From Klebsormidium nitens (lineage: Eukaryota; Plantae; Klebsormidiophyceae), in the NCBI GenBank assembly GCA_000708835.1, contig DF237590.1:1-48116 (forward strand): DNA of 48,116 nucleotides, written 5' to 3'. The first letter of the stretch is position 1; each line of letters opens with the position of its first letter. A program made the translations under genes and the position numbers. The notes beneath the pieces were generated by a model. That model was not told where the DNA came from, did not search any database, and saw nothing but the letters and a program-made list of their open reading frames with translations. Shown in pieces: positions 27,601 through 39,500 of this stretch.

Positions 27601-30600
27601 TTTAGAGCTTTCCGCACGTCCGCCTTTGATTGCTTTCACATGAACTTAGCACCCGACCTTTTTCTAGGGTTTTGATTCACTTTTTAGTTTGGGGTTTGGC
27701 AACTTAGGCCCCGAAGGCAATGATAAGGTCCAAGTGGGTGCCCAAGGTCACCCAATCGGCAATTAAGTCCGAGGCCACCTTAGGGTTTGGGACCAGATCA
27801 GAAGGGGCTTCTTTGCCTCCTTTTTTTTAGGACAAAGCGTACATCGAAATATTGCATGCCGGAGTCAAGCCACAGTCGTGTGTCTTAAATTGAACAAAAA
27901 ACGCGTTTCCTGTGTCGATTTTGCACTTTCGAGGCGTTGCCTGGGATCTAAAGGGTGCTTTCACCGCAATCCTTGTAACCCGATTCTTAAACGAATCCTG
28001 AAAGCCTTTGCTTTGGACGAACGTGCCCAATTCGAGTGGGTGAACATTCCTTCGATCTTGTCGTCCAAATGGTCCCCCTTGGCCCACGAGTTTCCTCAAC
28101 GGAATTGGAAAGCAGATGCGGACTTCAGTGGCGAGGATGTGCAGCATTGTACACAAAATGTTTGGGTGCAAAAGTACTGCGTATATCAAACCAGCTTTAC
28201 CAACACAATCGAGCCGGCAGTGACGACTTCCACAGCTTGGGAGATGATTGCACATGCCGCCTCGGTGATTGGATGCCACCCGCTTACTTGAGGGTTGCGG
28301 TTCCTTAGCTCTTCAACTCGCTAAGGATTTGGTGGCTTTTTAAAGGCCGGCAGGGACTTGCGCCCATGCTTAGAGACCTGAGCCTAAGATGTCGGTGAAT
28401 GCCACGAGGATGTCGGTAACCGGGCAGTCCCAATCAAAAAGTGGGTCCGTAAAATCATTCCACTTTTCTTTTCCTGAGCCATCGAGCCTCTTCAAAAACT
28501 TCCCACGTTAGGCCTTGAGTGCGTTCTTACATGTAATCATCGCCCTACCGGTCTCATATTCGTGTATGCTACTTAATCTCGGGCATGCGCACGGCTCCGA
28601 CGGCAATGACTAGGTTCACGTGGGTGCGCAAGCCCAGGCGATAATCCAGCAGACTCGATGCCTTCTTGCGAATTGCGAACAGAGAAAGGTGATTTTCCAA
28701 TGTCATAGTAAGGCGTGATGAACAACCGATGTCCACTCCTAAAATCCCCTTTGTCTCACGCCGTCTCTTTAAGTCTCACCTGGTTTGACCCAGGTGCTAG
28801 CTTGCCATAACGCTTACTTTCTGGCAGCCAATCGGGTCTCCTCTTCATGCAAATCGAGGTCCTCGCTGTCTTTTCTCTCTTCCCTTTTACAATTTTGCTT
28901 TGTGTCAGGCCGGCAGTCGAGTTCAACCGGCAAAATGCTCCGAGGTTGCTTGGATTGATTCTGGGATCTCTGCTTGAGCGGGCCCTTTGGCTTTCCGTCG
29001 CTTCTCCGTGTGAAATCAGTGACGCTGGCATGGACTTTTGTTGCATGGCTGGGCTACCGGCCAAGCTGCTAAGCAAGCCCCCAAGCATGCCCTTTTTAAT
29101 GCCGTTCTGGTGTCTGCCGTGAGTGACGAGTCATGCGCGTGGGTTATCACCCTAGAAACGGAAGGTTAGTCAGATTGGCGGAAAACCAGTGGTGCAGGCT
29201 TAGGAGAGTTTGTTTTTCTTTGTGAGGGCCCTTGACGTCTTCTGTCGAGTTTTGAGCCTGTCGACTTTTGAGCCCGGGCCTCTGGGAAACGCCCATTGAC
29301 ACAGTTTCTGTCGACGACCTTCTGATGAGGCCAGCCACTACTAAACGGGTGTCGCAAGTTCTTTATATGGTTGAGCGTTGCACTCAAGGCGTGAGCCAAT
29401 TGGTTTTAACTGTGACCTTTGCTTTCGCGCCTCATGTAGTCCGCTGATTATATCAGCTTTTTAGCAACCTGGTGTAGTGTTTTTTCCTGGTACTTCCAAT
29501 TCGCCATTTTCAAAGGCGATGATCACGGGTCAGCGGTCGCAATATTGTAGCCCACCAGAGCTTTGCGGCCATTGATGCCTTCAATATTGGAAGGATTTCA
29601 CGCAGCGCTTTGTCTCCCGCTGAGTTGCGCGCTCTTGTGATTGCTGGAGATTTCACTGAGCATTTGAGGGCTGTGATCAGTAAGAGTGGATACCAAAGCC
29701 CAGCCAACGGTTGATTCCTATCTGATGCTCTTTTGATGGTTTGGGAAACATCGTTTGTCTGGTTCATTTTTCCTGTTTGACAATGACTGTTGTCTATCTC
29801 TTGCAGGAGTTGACCGAGCCAGTCTTGGGGGCAGCGATGAGCCGAAAGTGGGCTCCAAAAGCCCAAAACTTGTTTCTCTGACTTGAGCCACTGAGACATT
29901 TGGACAGCTTTTCGTGCGTTCGTTCCTAGTTGCCGCCTGGTTGCCGATATTCCTCTTGCTTCTTGTGGATTGCTTCCTCGTCGGGGTTTTGCAGATGCTA
30001 AGCCCACATACAAACAGAGAATCTCAAATGAACGACCCTAGTATTCATCCCAGAAACGTAACAGGTTAAGTCCGGTCTCTCACACCTAAGGTGGCGGGTT
30101 TGGCCCTTTCTCTAGCCTGCTTTGCGTCTGTTTCGTGGCACACTTGGATCGCCCCCCCGTCGGTTTTCGCTTCCCTTTTAAGGCTCTTTGTGTTAGGTCG
30201 ATGATGAATCAAATCGACATGACTGGCCCCCGTTTGTTTGGGGGCAGTGCCGAGCTTCTCTGGTTGATTAGATGCCACCTTCATTCCTCTCAAACAACAA
30301 GGTATTGCCTACTGCATGCTGGTGACAGGCAGGGCCACGGCGGAAGGAACCTGCGCTTTGATGCGGATTCCCAACTTGGAAGGCTTGCCGAAATGCTGCC
30401 CTTCGGCGGGTCCGACGACATGATCGCTTTTTGTCTAGGGGCTGCGCCATGAAAGTCGATGAAACCTTATGCGGCCTTTTTGAAATCACCATGTAGATTC
30501 CAAGCGGTGCCACGGTGGCGCTGTTCAATCTGTGTCACCGGTCGGGCACGGAGGGGCTGTTTGTGGCAACATATGAAACACCTCGAAAAGACTCATTCAT

Positions 30601-30699
30601 TGGTAGTGTCTGCAATTGGCTCCGCATCACCTCGTTCGTTGCTTTCCTGTGCTTTTGTGCTTTCGTCGTCTGCGTCACTTCATCGGGAGGTTGAGACTA

Positions 30700-31040
30700 C
30701 GCCTTGAAGGTGACGTCGCAGCGTTGCGGCAGATTGAGCGACTTCTGACGAGTTTCCGGAATCCCGGGCAGCGCCGCCGGGGCGCCCCGGCGACGCCCGG
30801 CGATCGACGCGGCAATGTGAACGCTTCCGAAGCGACGTCGGGGCGTTGAACACTTGCCCCCGAAAATTCCGCGCAACCAGTCGACGCGAAATACCGTGCG
30901 AACATTTTTTGCAAAATAACCGTCGATGAAAATTAGAATCGCAAATTGCCGTCGATTTTCAGCCCCGCCAAGTTCGGGAGACGCCGTGGCGGCGCTGAAC
31001 ACTTGAATTGCGGCAGCGCCGTGACGGCGCCGCGGTAGCC
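30700..31040. mobile_element. CpG-rich insertion with imperfect inverted and direct repeats, possibly a degenerate foldback element
   Basis: Abruptly GC/CG-rich. cagcgccgccggggcgcccc (about 30769) matches the reverse complement of gagacgccgtggcggcgctg (about 30978) at 16/20. Direct repeat ggcg(t/c)tgaacacttg at about 30842 and 30991. Ends and TSD are not defined. Confidence 0.35.
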
Positions 31041-32900
31041 GGGGCTTACCCTTCCGATGTTCTCCCGCCGACTCTCAAGCGCCTCTTTGTGCTTTGTCGT
31101 GCCTGTCATCCACTATCGGCCGGCAAGGACTTTCGTTGTCGCATGAGTGGGATACCAGCCCATACCACCTCTGCTTCAATGAAGCCGCTCTCGCCAATCA
31201 CCCGGTATCTTTTCTGGCCCACGATGCCACTATATTTGAAAGGTGCATCATCTTCTTGACTGTCCGGCTTCCGCGGTTGCCCTTTTGGCGAGTCTGGCTT
31301 TCTAGTACGCGCAATGGTGACTTTCAATATTCCGATTGCTTGAATTGGAGGTTCCTTGAGCCAGCTACTTACAAAACGTGCCCGTAAGTGCACGTGACCT
31401 GAAGTTAGGGTCGCCGATGCTCTATGCTAGCCTGCAAACTACAGTACGTAGCGTTGCCTTTCCTGGTGGTTTTTAAGCAAAACCAACGTCAATGATGGCC
31501 AGATACCGATAGATTTTCTGCAGCCCAACACGGATCCCGTGACTGACGCCTTCCAAGTGGTGAAAACCAAGTTTGACTAGCACTCCATTATTATACAACT
31601 GAGCTAATAAAATTTCAAACTGCTCTAGTTGCTGACAAGGTTGACGGCGCATCTGCTGGTTGTGAAAGGACAAAAATGGGCCCCACTGACAGCCCATCAT
31701 GACGTGGTAGTCTTTGAATGCCACCAGTCGTTCGAGGACAGGCACTTGTCCGCTCCACCATGTTGGTGATCGCTTGGCTCTTTGACTTGAGACCTTGAGT
31801 TGTTTTGAGTAGTTGTGTCTAACTACCTCGCAAAGGATCCCGCTGCAAAATTTGGAACCTGCGGAGGTACAAATAAGTTTCGGAACGGGCCTCTCAGTCC
31901 GTATCTCTACGACCCCGCTCTGAAAGCAAGTGCCGCTTTCGTCGTTTTTGAAACACTATAATGACTCCCTTCTTTTGAACGATGCGGTGAATGCCAGTGT
32001 ACCCGCAGGATTGACCATTTCTAAGACTGAACTTGAAAGGCACTTCAATATGTTTGTCCGTGCTCTGAACGGATGAAGTCTGTGAAGAGTTGGCGCTCCC
32101 CTTTTGAGCCAAGTTAGCACCCTGCTCGGAGCCCTTATGCTTTTCTGCTTTTGATCCCGTTCAACACGTAGAAACGGCTCTCGCATTGTCACTACTCGTT
32201 GCCTTTGATTGAGCACTATGGTCACGTCAGCAATTTCAGGTTCTATCAGGTCGGATGCTCTTGCAAAGTGCGGGCCCGGGGCAGTGACGCAAGAACAGGT
32301 GGGCTTCCAGTGCCCAACGGTATTGACGATTGTCACGGCTGATGCCATCACTCAAGCCGAGCTCAGAGAAACTCGGATTGCGTCTTAGCACCAATGCTCC
32401 TTCGGGGCTTGACTCAATTTCTTTCCTGCATTCCCATTGAACTTCTCGCATCTTGGATCATGGTTTTATGCCACTTTTCGGCAATGAGTCCAAACGGGCA
32501 TCTTGGGTGAGCTCGCTGCCTTCGAGTTATCCTCTTCAGTATTCTTTCATATCGTCATTTTGCCAGATACGGGGCTTAAGATGTTCTACAGATTTGCTGC
32601 TTTGATAGTGCATCACGGCAGCTGAGTATGTCCGTTTGACGATCCGAGGAAGCAGTGATGAGCGGAAAGTGGGCAATGGATTCGCACGTGACCGTCGGTG
32701 TTTCGCTCTGATGCCATCGACCAGCAATGTAGGAGGTCAGTGGAAGACATATTTGTTTTACAACAAGCTTCTGTCAGAATTCATAGAGCATGAAGAATCT
32801 GATGTGTTTTTGTGAAGGCCTGAAAATCAGCACTTCGCATCAAAGCTCCTCGTCCGGTTCTGATCGCTTTGACACCACCAACAATCCATTAGAGGAGATT

Positions 32901-33194
32901 TGGGGTCAAAACCCGGCCGGAATTCGACCACTGACCTACTAGCCTAGTGAGCCTAGGCTACTAGGCTAGTGACCAGTGGTTCAGCCCCCCGCAACCGTCG
33001 CGCGCGATTAAATTTAAAATTTGACTCACCGTACGGACGATTTATCGCGATCGCGACGGTTAAATTTCGATCGCACGGTCTACGGTGAATTTCAGCTAGG
33101 ATCCTAGCTCAGTGGCAGTACCGGTCAACTTTTGCGGGGGGTCTGACTAGCTAGCTAGCCTAGGCTACTAGGTTCCGGGCGGGTTTTGACCCCA
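32901..33194. mobile_element. 294-bp MITE with 22-bp TIR and 4-bp TSD (GATT)
   Basis: TIR tggggtcaaaacccggccggaa (32901-32922) vs 33173-33194, 21/22. GATT flanks both sides (32897-32900, 33195-33198). Removing the element and one TSD restores tta gag gag att gta ctc gaa tgt = LEEIVLEC, an LRR strand. Confidence 0.9.
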
Positions 33195-33913
33195 GATTGT
33201 ACTCGAATGTAAGAAACCCTGGTTCTCATTAGGACGTTTCAAAGATGCATCATTGACAACGGCTGTCTCGCGGCGCCAACGTTAAACCATTCAAAAGTGC
33301 TCAACGCTGTTTTAGAAACAAAGGCACACGAACGTTCACTTGAAATATGTTTGACCCCAGTTTGGCTTATGACCTCGTCGAATCCAGAATTGAGGTCCTT
33401 TTGAGACCCAATGTCCTCTTCCCAAAGTCTGCTACGTTCGTCACTTCAGGTTTGTGTCAGATAGTCGAGAAAGCATTTGTAAGGCAGTGACGAAGCATAC
33501 TCGGGCGTCGAGGCCGGGCCCACTTGCGAGTCAACTATGTCTGACGCCATCGAACGTCTATAACGATATTTGACGTCCTTTCCTGGTCATCTTCATTAAT
33601 GCAATATCTTGGCTTACCCCGTTCCTTATTGAGTATTCTCGAATCGCTTTTGGAAACCGATCTACAGTAGGTGGCTCCCAAAGGCCCACCCGTCTGTTTT
33701 CGGATCCACTAGCAGCTCGTAAAGTTTGAGTACGGCACGTACTATGATGCCTTTGCAGGGCCTACAGAAAAGTACCTCTGGGCGAATGTACCTTATCTGT
33801 CCTGCAGACCTAACTCCTGCTCTTCGAACCTTCCTTGGCATGATTGAACCTGAAGTTGGCTTGACTCGGCCCTTGCATTTGTTACTTGCTTCTGCGCCGA
33901 TGCATATCCCTCT

Positions 33914-34204
33914 TTGCGGTTCGTCATCGCTGTGCATTTTTTGCGCCGGCGGCGCATCATATTATCTTACTTTGGACGCACGCTTATAGGGAAGACCGGC
34001 AAGGATGAGTTGAAGTCTGCTGGGGTTCGCCCCATTTTGAGAGGACAGGAGACGGATGCCGCCTCGTCCGGGCTTTTCCCGTCTCTGAAAGCTTACTGGA
34101 TCGGCCTCCCAATGGTGTTGCCGCGGATTCCAAACCTTGCGCTCAAATCTGTGTTTGGAGCCAACTGCCATGAGTGCGAATGTTTGGAAACATCCTTGCC
34201 ATAA
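33914..34204 (+). pseudogene. Distal LRR segment
   Basis: TLIGKTGKDELKSAG (matches GGDDELKMG at 3482) and LFPSLKAYWI. Confidence 0.4.
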
Positions 34205-35281
34205 TTCCTTCGGTCGCAAAGATTGAGGAGCAATTGGTGGTCGGTACGGTTCCCCGGGCTCGCCTTTCTTCCATGTAGTACTCCAGTGGTGCCCCGATGG
34301 TGCTGCTCCGGGACTTCGCCTCCCCGCCGAGGCGCCACTGTGGACCTCAGAAAAAGCACGACAATGACTGTGGGTCCATTGTCAGCTTGTCGCCGCTTTT
34401 CTTCATGGTTTTTGGTGATCTAGTCATCAGTATATGCTCTTGGAACCAGAAGCGTTCAAAGAAGGGATTTCTGGTGGGATGAACATCAAACCCATTCCTA
34501 TCACAACAGAGGCCGCCACGTATTCACCTGCTCAGTGAAGGCATTTGGCAGAGCATCTGGCGCCTTGTCCGCGTCTCACAATACCAAGTGAAACGTTAGC
34601 GCTGGAAAACATAGGCTTTCATCTATTGTCTCTCTGATCTGTCTGAAGGGCCGTCCCAAGGCTACGCTGCACTACCTTCCCTTGCCTATGCTTGGCTAAC
34701 GGCTGGCCTTTCGACAGATGTTTCCAATTCAGCATTGCTTGTGGTCATTGAAAGGCCTCTTCCGTTTCGATTACGGCACTTTGTTTCGGTGTAACTGTTT
34801 GCGAACCAAGAGAGGATCTTCGCTGTACACCGAGCTGCTCAGTGCGCTTCCAAGGCCAAGATACTTTGTTGGCGGCGAAGATTCTGCACCCTCTTTCGGG
34901 TTCTGGGTAAAACGCCCAGGCAACCTCCACTTTGGTCTGATGCCGTTCGCATCATGCAAATACCGCAAACGCTCAATTGTTGACATTTCTAAGCTCTGGT
35001 TCTTCCGCCCGCCGACCTGGATAGTAGTTCGCTGATGCAGGGCAACGCATCACGCGGAGAATATGTTTTGCTCTCACCTAGATGACACGAGCCCACGTTG
35101 TCAAGCTCTTTATGTCCCCTTCCTACGTCCTCGTATCTCGCCTCTTTCGAGTGTCGGCGAATGCTAGCTACGTGCCGGCAATGACTCACCCATCAAAACC
35201 GTGGGCGCTCACCTAAGCTTTCGTTCTGATGCAAATGCGCTGCCGTGAGGACGTTCGAAGCAGCTAGAGTACTTCTGACCC

Positions 35282-35750
35282 TCACCTGGCGTCCGTAGCT
35301 AACTTACGTCTGAAGCATCTTTCTTGTCCATTCTCTTCGTGCCCTAAGGCCCGGCAAAGATGCTTGAGCGAGATGCTCGGTAGATTGAGAGGAAACTTGA
35401 TGCCGACTAACATGTCTTCTAGGCTAACTGCAGCCTTTCGAGCTTGGTCAAGCTTGTATTGGTCAATCGTGCCTGTTTTAACCTGGCTGGTATTTTGTTG
35501 TGTGTAAGAGGCTGTTGGCTTTAATGGGGATCCTCGATGACTGGTCGTCTGAGTTATCTGCCTCTTACCACGTATGGGAGAACTGCTTAACCGTTCGCCG
35601 TTTACATCCACTGCCGAGTGCGTTGCAACCGTAACAGTTGGGGTTTTCCAGCCTTACCTTGTAGTAGCGGCAATCCCGATGTCCGTCTGAGAGTTGCCGG
35701 GGTTGTCCCATGACTCTCACTTATGTTACTTCGACGAACGTTAGTGGATC
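35282..35750 (-). other. Possible spliced coding fragment of unknown function
   Basis: 109-aa minus ORF (35282-35611) bounded by a cag acceptor (35611-35613) and a gtgagg donor, with a gtaagg donor at 35657. No recognisable homology. Confidence 0.2.
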
Positions 35751-36555
35751 TTGAAGGTGTTTGTTAGGTCGAGGTTGTGAACTTCGAAACGCCACAAATG
35801 AGTCATCACGTTCGTCTTCCCGAAGGCTAGCCAGTTTAAGTTTTGGTCATCTGCTTAACAAACAAGAACAAGTTTCGAGATTCCCTAAGCGCCCTCCCAA
35901 GGCTAAGGTGCGACTCTGGAGCTCTCAACGTAGGCTCCTTCCTTACCGTTCCACATCACAGCGCCACTACCCTGTTTTCCACCTTCAGTTTTAACAGGGT
36001 ATACAGACTCCTCAACTCTGAAAACCTCAGTTGCGAGGGTCCTCAAACGACCGCTTCCCTTCCTTGCAGGTGACTGTCTTTCATCTAATCTAAGCCGCTG
36101 ATCCTGTTGGCCTTCCGTCTAGCTGCCACTCTGAGAAGGCGTCTTCTCCAACCTTCGCTGCACGCAAGCAGCACAAACGTCACCTTCCTGGCGTCATCAT
36201 CCTGGAAAATGACGAAGATCAGTGGCGAAGCGCACCTCTACCAGAAACCGGGGCAGATCACCGGGGGTCACCTTGGAAAGGTGGGCTGATTTGGGGACCG
36301 AGAACTAGCACTCGGGAAAAGATCACGCTCCTAGAACGGAGCTAAAAAGACAAGGGCCGCTAAGCGCTCGTCCAGTCCCCAAAAGCTTTCCAATAAGTTG
36401 AGCTAGCAAACGCAGCTCTCTCAAACTGTGTCTTCAGCTCGCATCTCCCAAGTCGGGGCTCGGATTGAATTCTGGAGGATTGTAATCAGGGTTCCTGCGA
36501 AGTAGGTATTTGGGAGTAAGCGGGTTAGGCCAGGGGGATCCCTCCCCACCGTTTC

Positions 36556-39500
36556 ATGCCTCCACCCGGCATCAGCAGCCGCGGCGCCTCCCCCCTTGCC
36601 CGACAGCACTCAAACCCGACCGGTGACCAGGCGCAAGAACTAGATATGGACGGAAAACGGTCGCTGGAAAACTTGGTGTCGGCGACTGGGGGCCGAGGGG
36701 CGGGCGGCGGCGATAAGGCGGCGGCGGCGGCGCAGAGCTTCTACCAGCTTATGTCCGTGCTCCAGTGGTGGTTCTTCAACGTGGTGGTCGTGATCAGCAA
36801 CAAGTACATCTTCCAGGTGCGTATACCGTCTGCTTATGGTGTCATTCGCTTCCTTCTTGGCTTGGAAATTGTAGTCAAGAACAATACTCTAGTAAATTTG
36901 CACCAGCTCTTGAGCTTGCGTCACTGGTGGTTCTCTGGCTCGGCGGTTGTCAAGAGCAACAGTTTCATCTTTCCAGCACGTACTCCGTTTGCCGATGTGT
37001 AGCAATGTTCACGTTTGAGGGAGATCATCTTTCTGAAAATCTGCTATTTACTAGGTCTTAAACGTTCTGCCAATGTAATGAGCAGATCAGCGCATAGGCG
37101 TTGTTCAGGTGCGTAGAGCGCAATCAGGCCTACCGATTGAATAGATAATGCTTTCATAAGTCTGAAAAGTCCTTCTCGAGGGCTGTTCGAGGAAAGTCTA
37201 CCCTATTTTAGCTCTGGTGCATTGCTTGGGTACTGAGACTTCATTCCGCTTCTCCGCAGATCTTCGGCTTCAAGTTCCCGCTTACGTTAATCACGATCCA
37301 CTTCATCATGTCGGCCCTCGGGGCGTACCTAACCATTAAGGTAGGCGTTTGCTAACCATCGGTCAAGGCGAAGGTCAGGATTCGCTCATTTGGCTCTGCG
37401 AACAAATTCGTGAAAAGAGTGTCGTCTATATCCCGGTTAAGATCGACCATGGTCCTTCAAGTGCGAGGTCTTGTGGGGTCGAGCTATGGCTTGCATATCG
37501 GATGCGTAAGAATTCAGGGGCTCTTTGGTTCAACGCAACATTACTGCGTTAGCAGTAAGTTTTGCGCCCCTTTTAAAATTTCCCTTTCAGGCAAGGATAT
37601 AACGCTGTAGGCCTGCTTCATCCATCCGCCGCCTACATCAAGTCAAGCTAATGACTGGTGTTCTAACATCGGAAGCGGCCAGACTTGTGAAGGCATCTAT
37701 GATCTTGGTCGTTCTCAACGATTTTGGTATTGAATTGTTCGTAGGCTGTAGCAACCTTTGTTCAGGCTTTGCAAGCTGGGTTCTGATCGCCGCGTTGACT
37801 CAGACCAGACCCGAATGCCCATCTGCCAAAACCCCCAAGCCCTTTGCAACGAATCAGAGACAACTGAACCCGAGAACCTCATATGCGCACACAGCTTTTA
37901 AAGCTAGATTCCAACGGTCGCACCCCAACGCTCGAAGTCGGTCCTTTTTACATGGCCAAGAAGAAAGCGCAATTTTGCTGCTCCCTTGCGCGCAGCTTCT
38001 CAAACTGAAGCTGGCGTTTCTGTTCCAGCCCACGGGCAACAAGGAGAATGCGAGTCACCGCTTTCGTCGAATCCAGGCACTTCTAGCACGCGCCTCGCAA
38101 ATCCTACCCCGAATAAGTCGGAGGACTCTCAGCTTGTGTGTCTCGTATTTCTGCGCAGGTGTTCAAGCTGAAGCCGGAGATCGTGGTCCAGTCGACGCAC
38201 GACAAGGTGGTGCGCATCATGCCCGTCGCGGCGCTGACGTGTCTCAACATCGTGCTCGGGAACGTGTTGCTGCGTTTCGTCCCGGTCTCCTTCATGCAGA
38301 CCATCAAGTGCTTCACGCCGGCGACGACACGTGAGTCCCGCAATCGCTTTTTGACAGTTTCAAATTATTCCCTTCGCCAAGAAGGGTTCAAATTATTTCA
38401 GGCATTGCCGTCTCCAGAATCTTGGTCCGAAAGATGTCGCTGCCATTCTTTCCGGTCTCCTATATGCCATCAAGTGCTTCACGCCGTCGACGACACGTAA
38501 GTAGCAGGATTCATTCTTCGTCGTCGAATGAAGTGATATGTGAGAGTTCTGCAGTGTTTTTTGCGGTGATTCATTTGCATGTTCGTGAATGTGTTGCTGC
38601 GCAACGAATTGTTTCTCCGGTCTGTTTCCTCGTGGTGTGATCCTCGCGGCTGATGTAGGGCCGCAAGTTAGACGGCCTCACCTACCGGGCTTCCTTTGTA
38701 TTGCGTCTCCCGGTTAACCCATCTGCTTAACCATGGCACTGACCCGTCAGACTTCGTCATTCTGCAATCGTCTCTAGCGCGCCTGGTTTGGGGCCGCGAG
38801 TTCGACAACCTCACTACTGGGCGACCTCTTCGATCGTGTCTGCCTTCAAACCCCCTAGTTTACATTAGACGCATCTTTGTACGTCCGCTTCATAAAACCC
38901 TACCCGCGGTAATCCTTCAGCGCTGGATACAGGGCCGTGATTCGACTGCCGCTGCTCTTCCAATCGTGTCTGCCTTTGAACTAAATGTTAACATTGTTAG
39001 TGTGTTGTAACTATGATGCTTAACAGCACAAGATGCCTTCCTGCAGTGATCCTTCAGCGCGCGGTGTGGGGCCGCAAGTTCGACAGCCTGGTTTACTTGG
39101 CACTCATTCCAATCGTGTTCGGCGTCGTGCTGACGACTGTCGCGGAGCTGAGCTTCAACTGGACAGGCTTCCTCACCGTTCTGGCCGCATGCCTCACGAC
39201 ATCGACGTCCAACATCATGGCGGAAGCGCTGCTCCAAGTAAGCAAAAGCACGTGATTTTCTTTGTGCCTAATGAATGCCTTTGGTTCGTAGCTTCCTCTT
39301 AATAAGCGTCAGCGGAGTTCCAAACGGACTGGAACCATTGCCGCAATGGCCATATGACTTACGACGTCGACTTCCAACATCATGGCAGAAGCGCTGCTCT
39401 AGGGAAGCACTTCTTTCGTGGATTCTCTCTACTTTCTGTCTATCGCCTTCGTTGCGGTATTCCGTTAGCAGAAGCTTCAGCGGGTTTCGGCGCGGACTGG

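Larger units (their letters stand above)
450..35200 (+). pseudogene. Tandem array of decayed LRR (RNI-like, possibly F-box/LRR) gene copies
   Basis: At least 18 + strand GGCAATGA (Gly-Asn-Asp/Glu) sites at 7251, 10326, 12837, 13296, 14342, 16546, 16684, 21297, 22834, 23000, 23786, 23948, 25243, 27533, 27716, 28602, 32480, 35177. Variants GSD/GDD/GKD at 3485, 19042, 28216, 29830, 33998. They usually read G-N-D-x-x-x-[VMLI]-G and follow LxxLxL strands. Other LRR-like peptides: LDLSGATKI (1802-1828), VCPRLRVLHF (22191-22220), LSELQTVRLQG (26415-26447). Stops and frameshifts fall inside the motifs. Individual gene boundaries could not be resolved. Confidence 0.7.

Noticed and set aside
27775-27795. 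ttagggtttggg as an interstitial telomere repeat
   Set aside because: Only one or two imperfect units, which is expected by chance.
2801-30013. Long minus-strand ORFs (2801-3304, 18579-19115, 22147-22650, 24456-24971, 29510-30013) as viral or transposase genes
   Set aside because: No recognisable motifs. They overlie + strand LRR remnants, and conservation between paralogues follows the + frame, so they are treated as shadow ORFs.
7251-35184. GGCAATGA as a DNA-level repeat (CRISPR-like, attC-like cassette site or protein-binding site), given at least 18 + strand copies vs 2 noticed on the minus strand
   Set aside because: The spacing is irregular and the flanks are not conserved as DNA. They are conserved as protein: an in-frame hydrophobic residue plus Gly 7 codons on, an LxxLxL strand before, and GSD/GDD/GKD variants.
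450-35200. Endogenous giant virus, Polinton or KDZ transposon region
   Set aside because: No capsid, polB, packaging ATPase, integrase or CxC/KDZ motif was recognised, and the repeated content is explained by LRR copies.
37651-38334. 227-aa ORF, the longest in the track
   Set aside because: It is intron 2 read-through plus exon 3 in a non-coding frame. The transporter frame is a different one.
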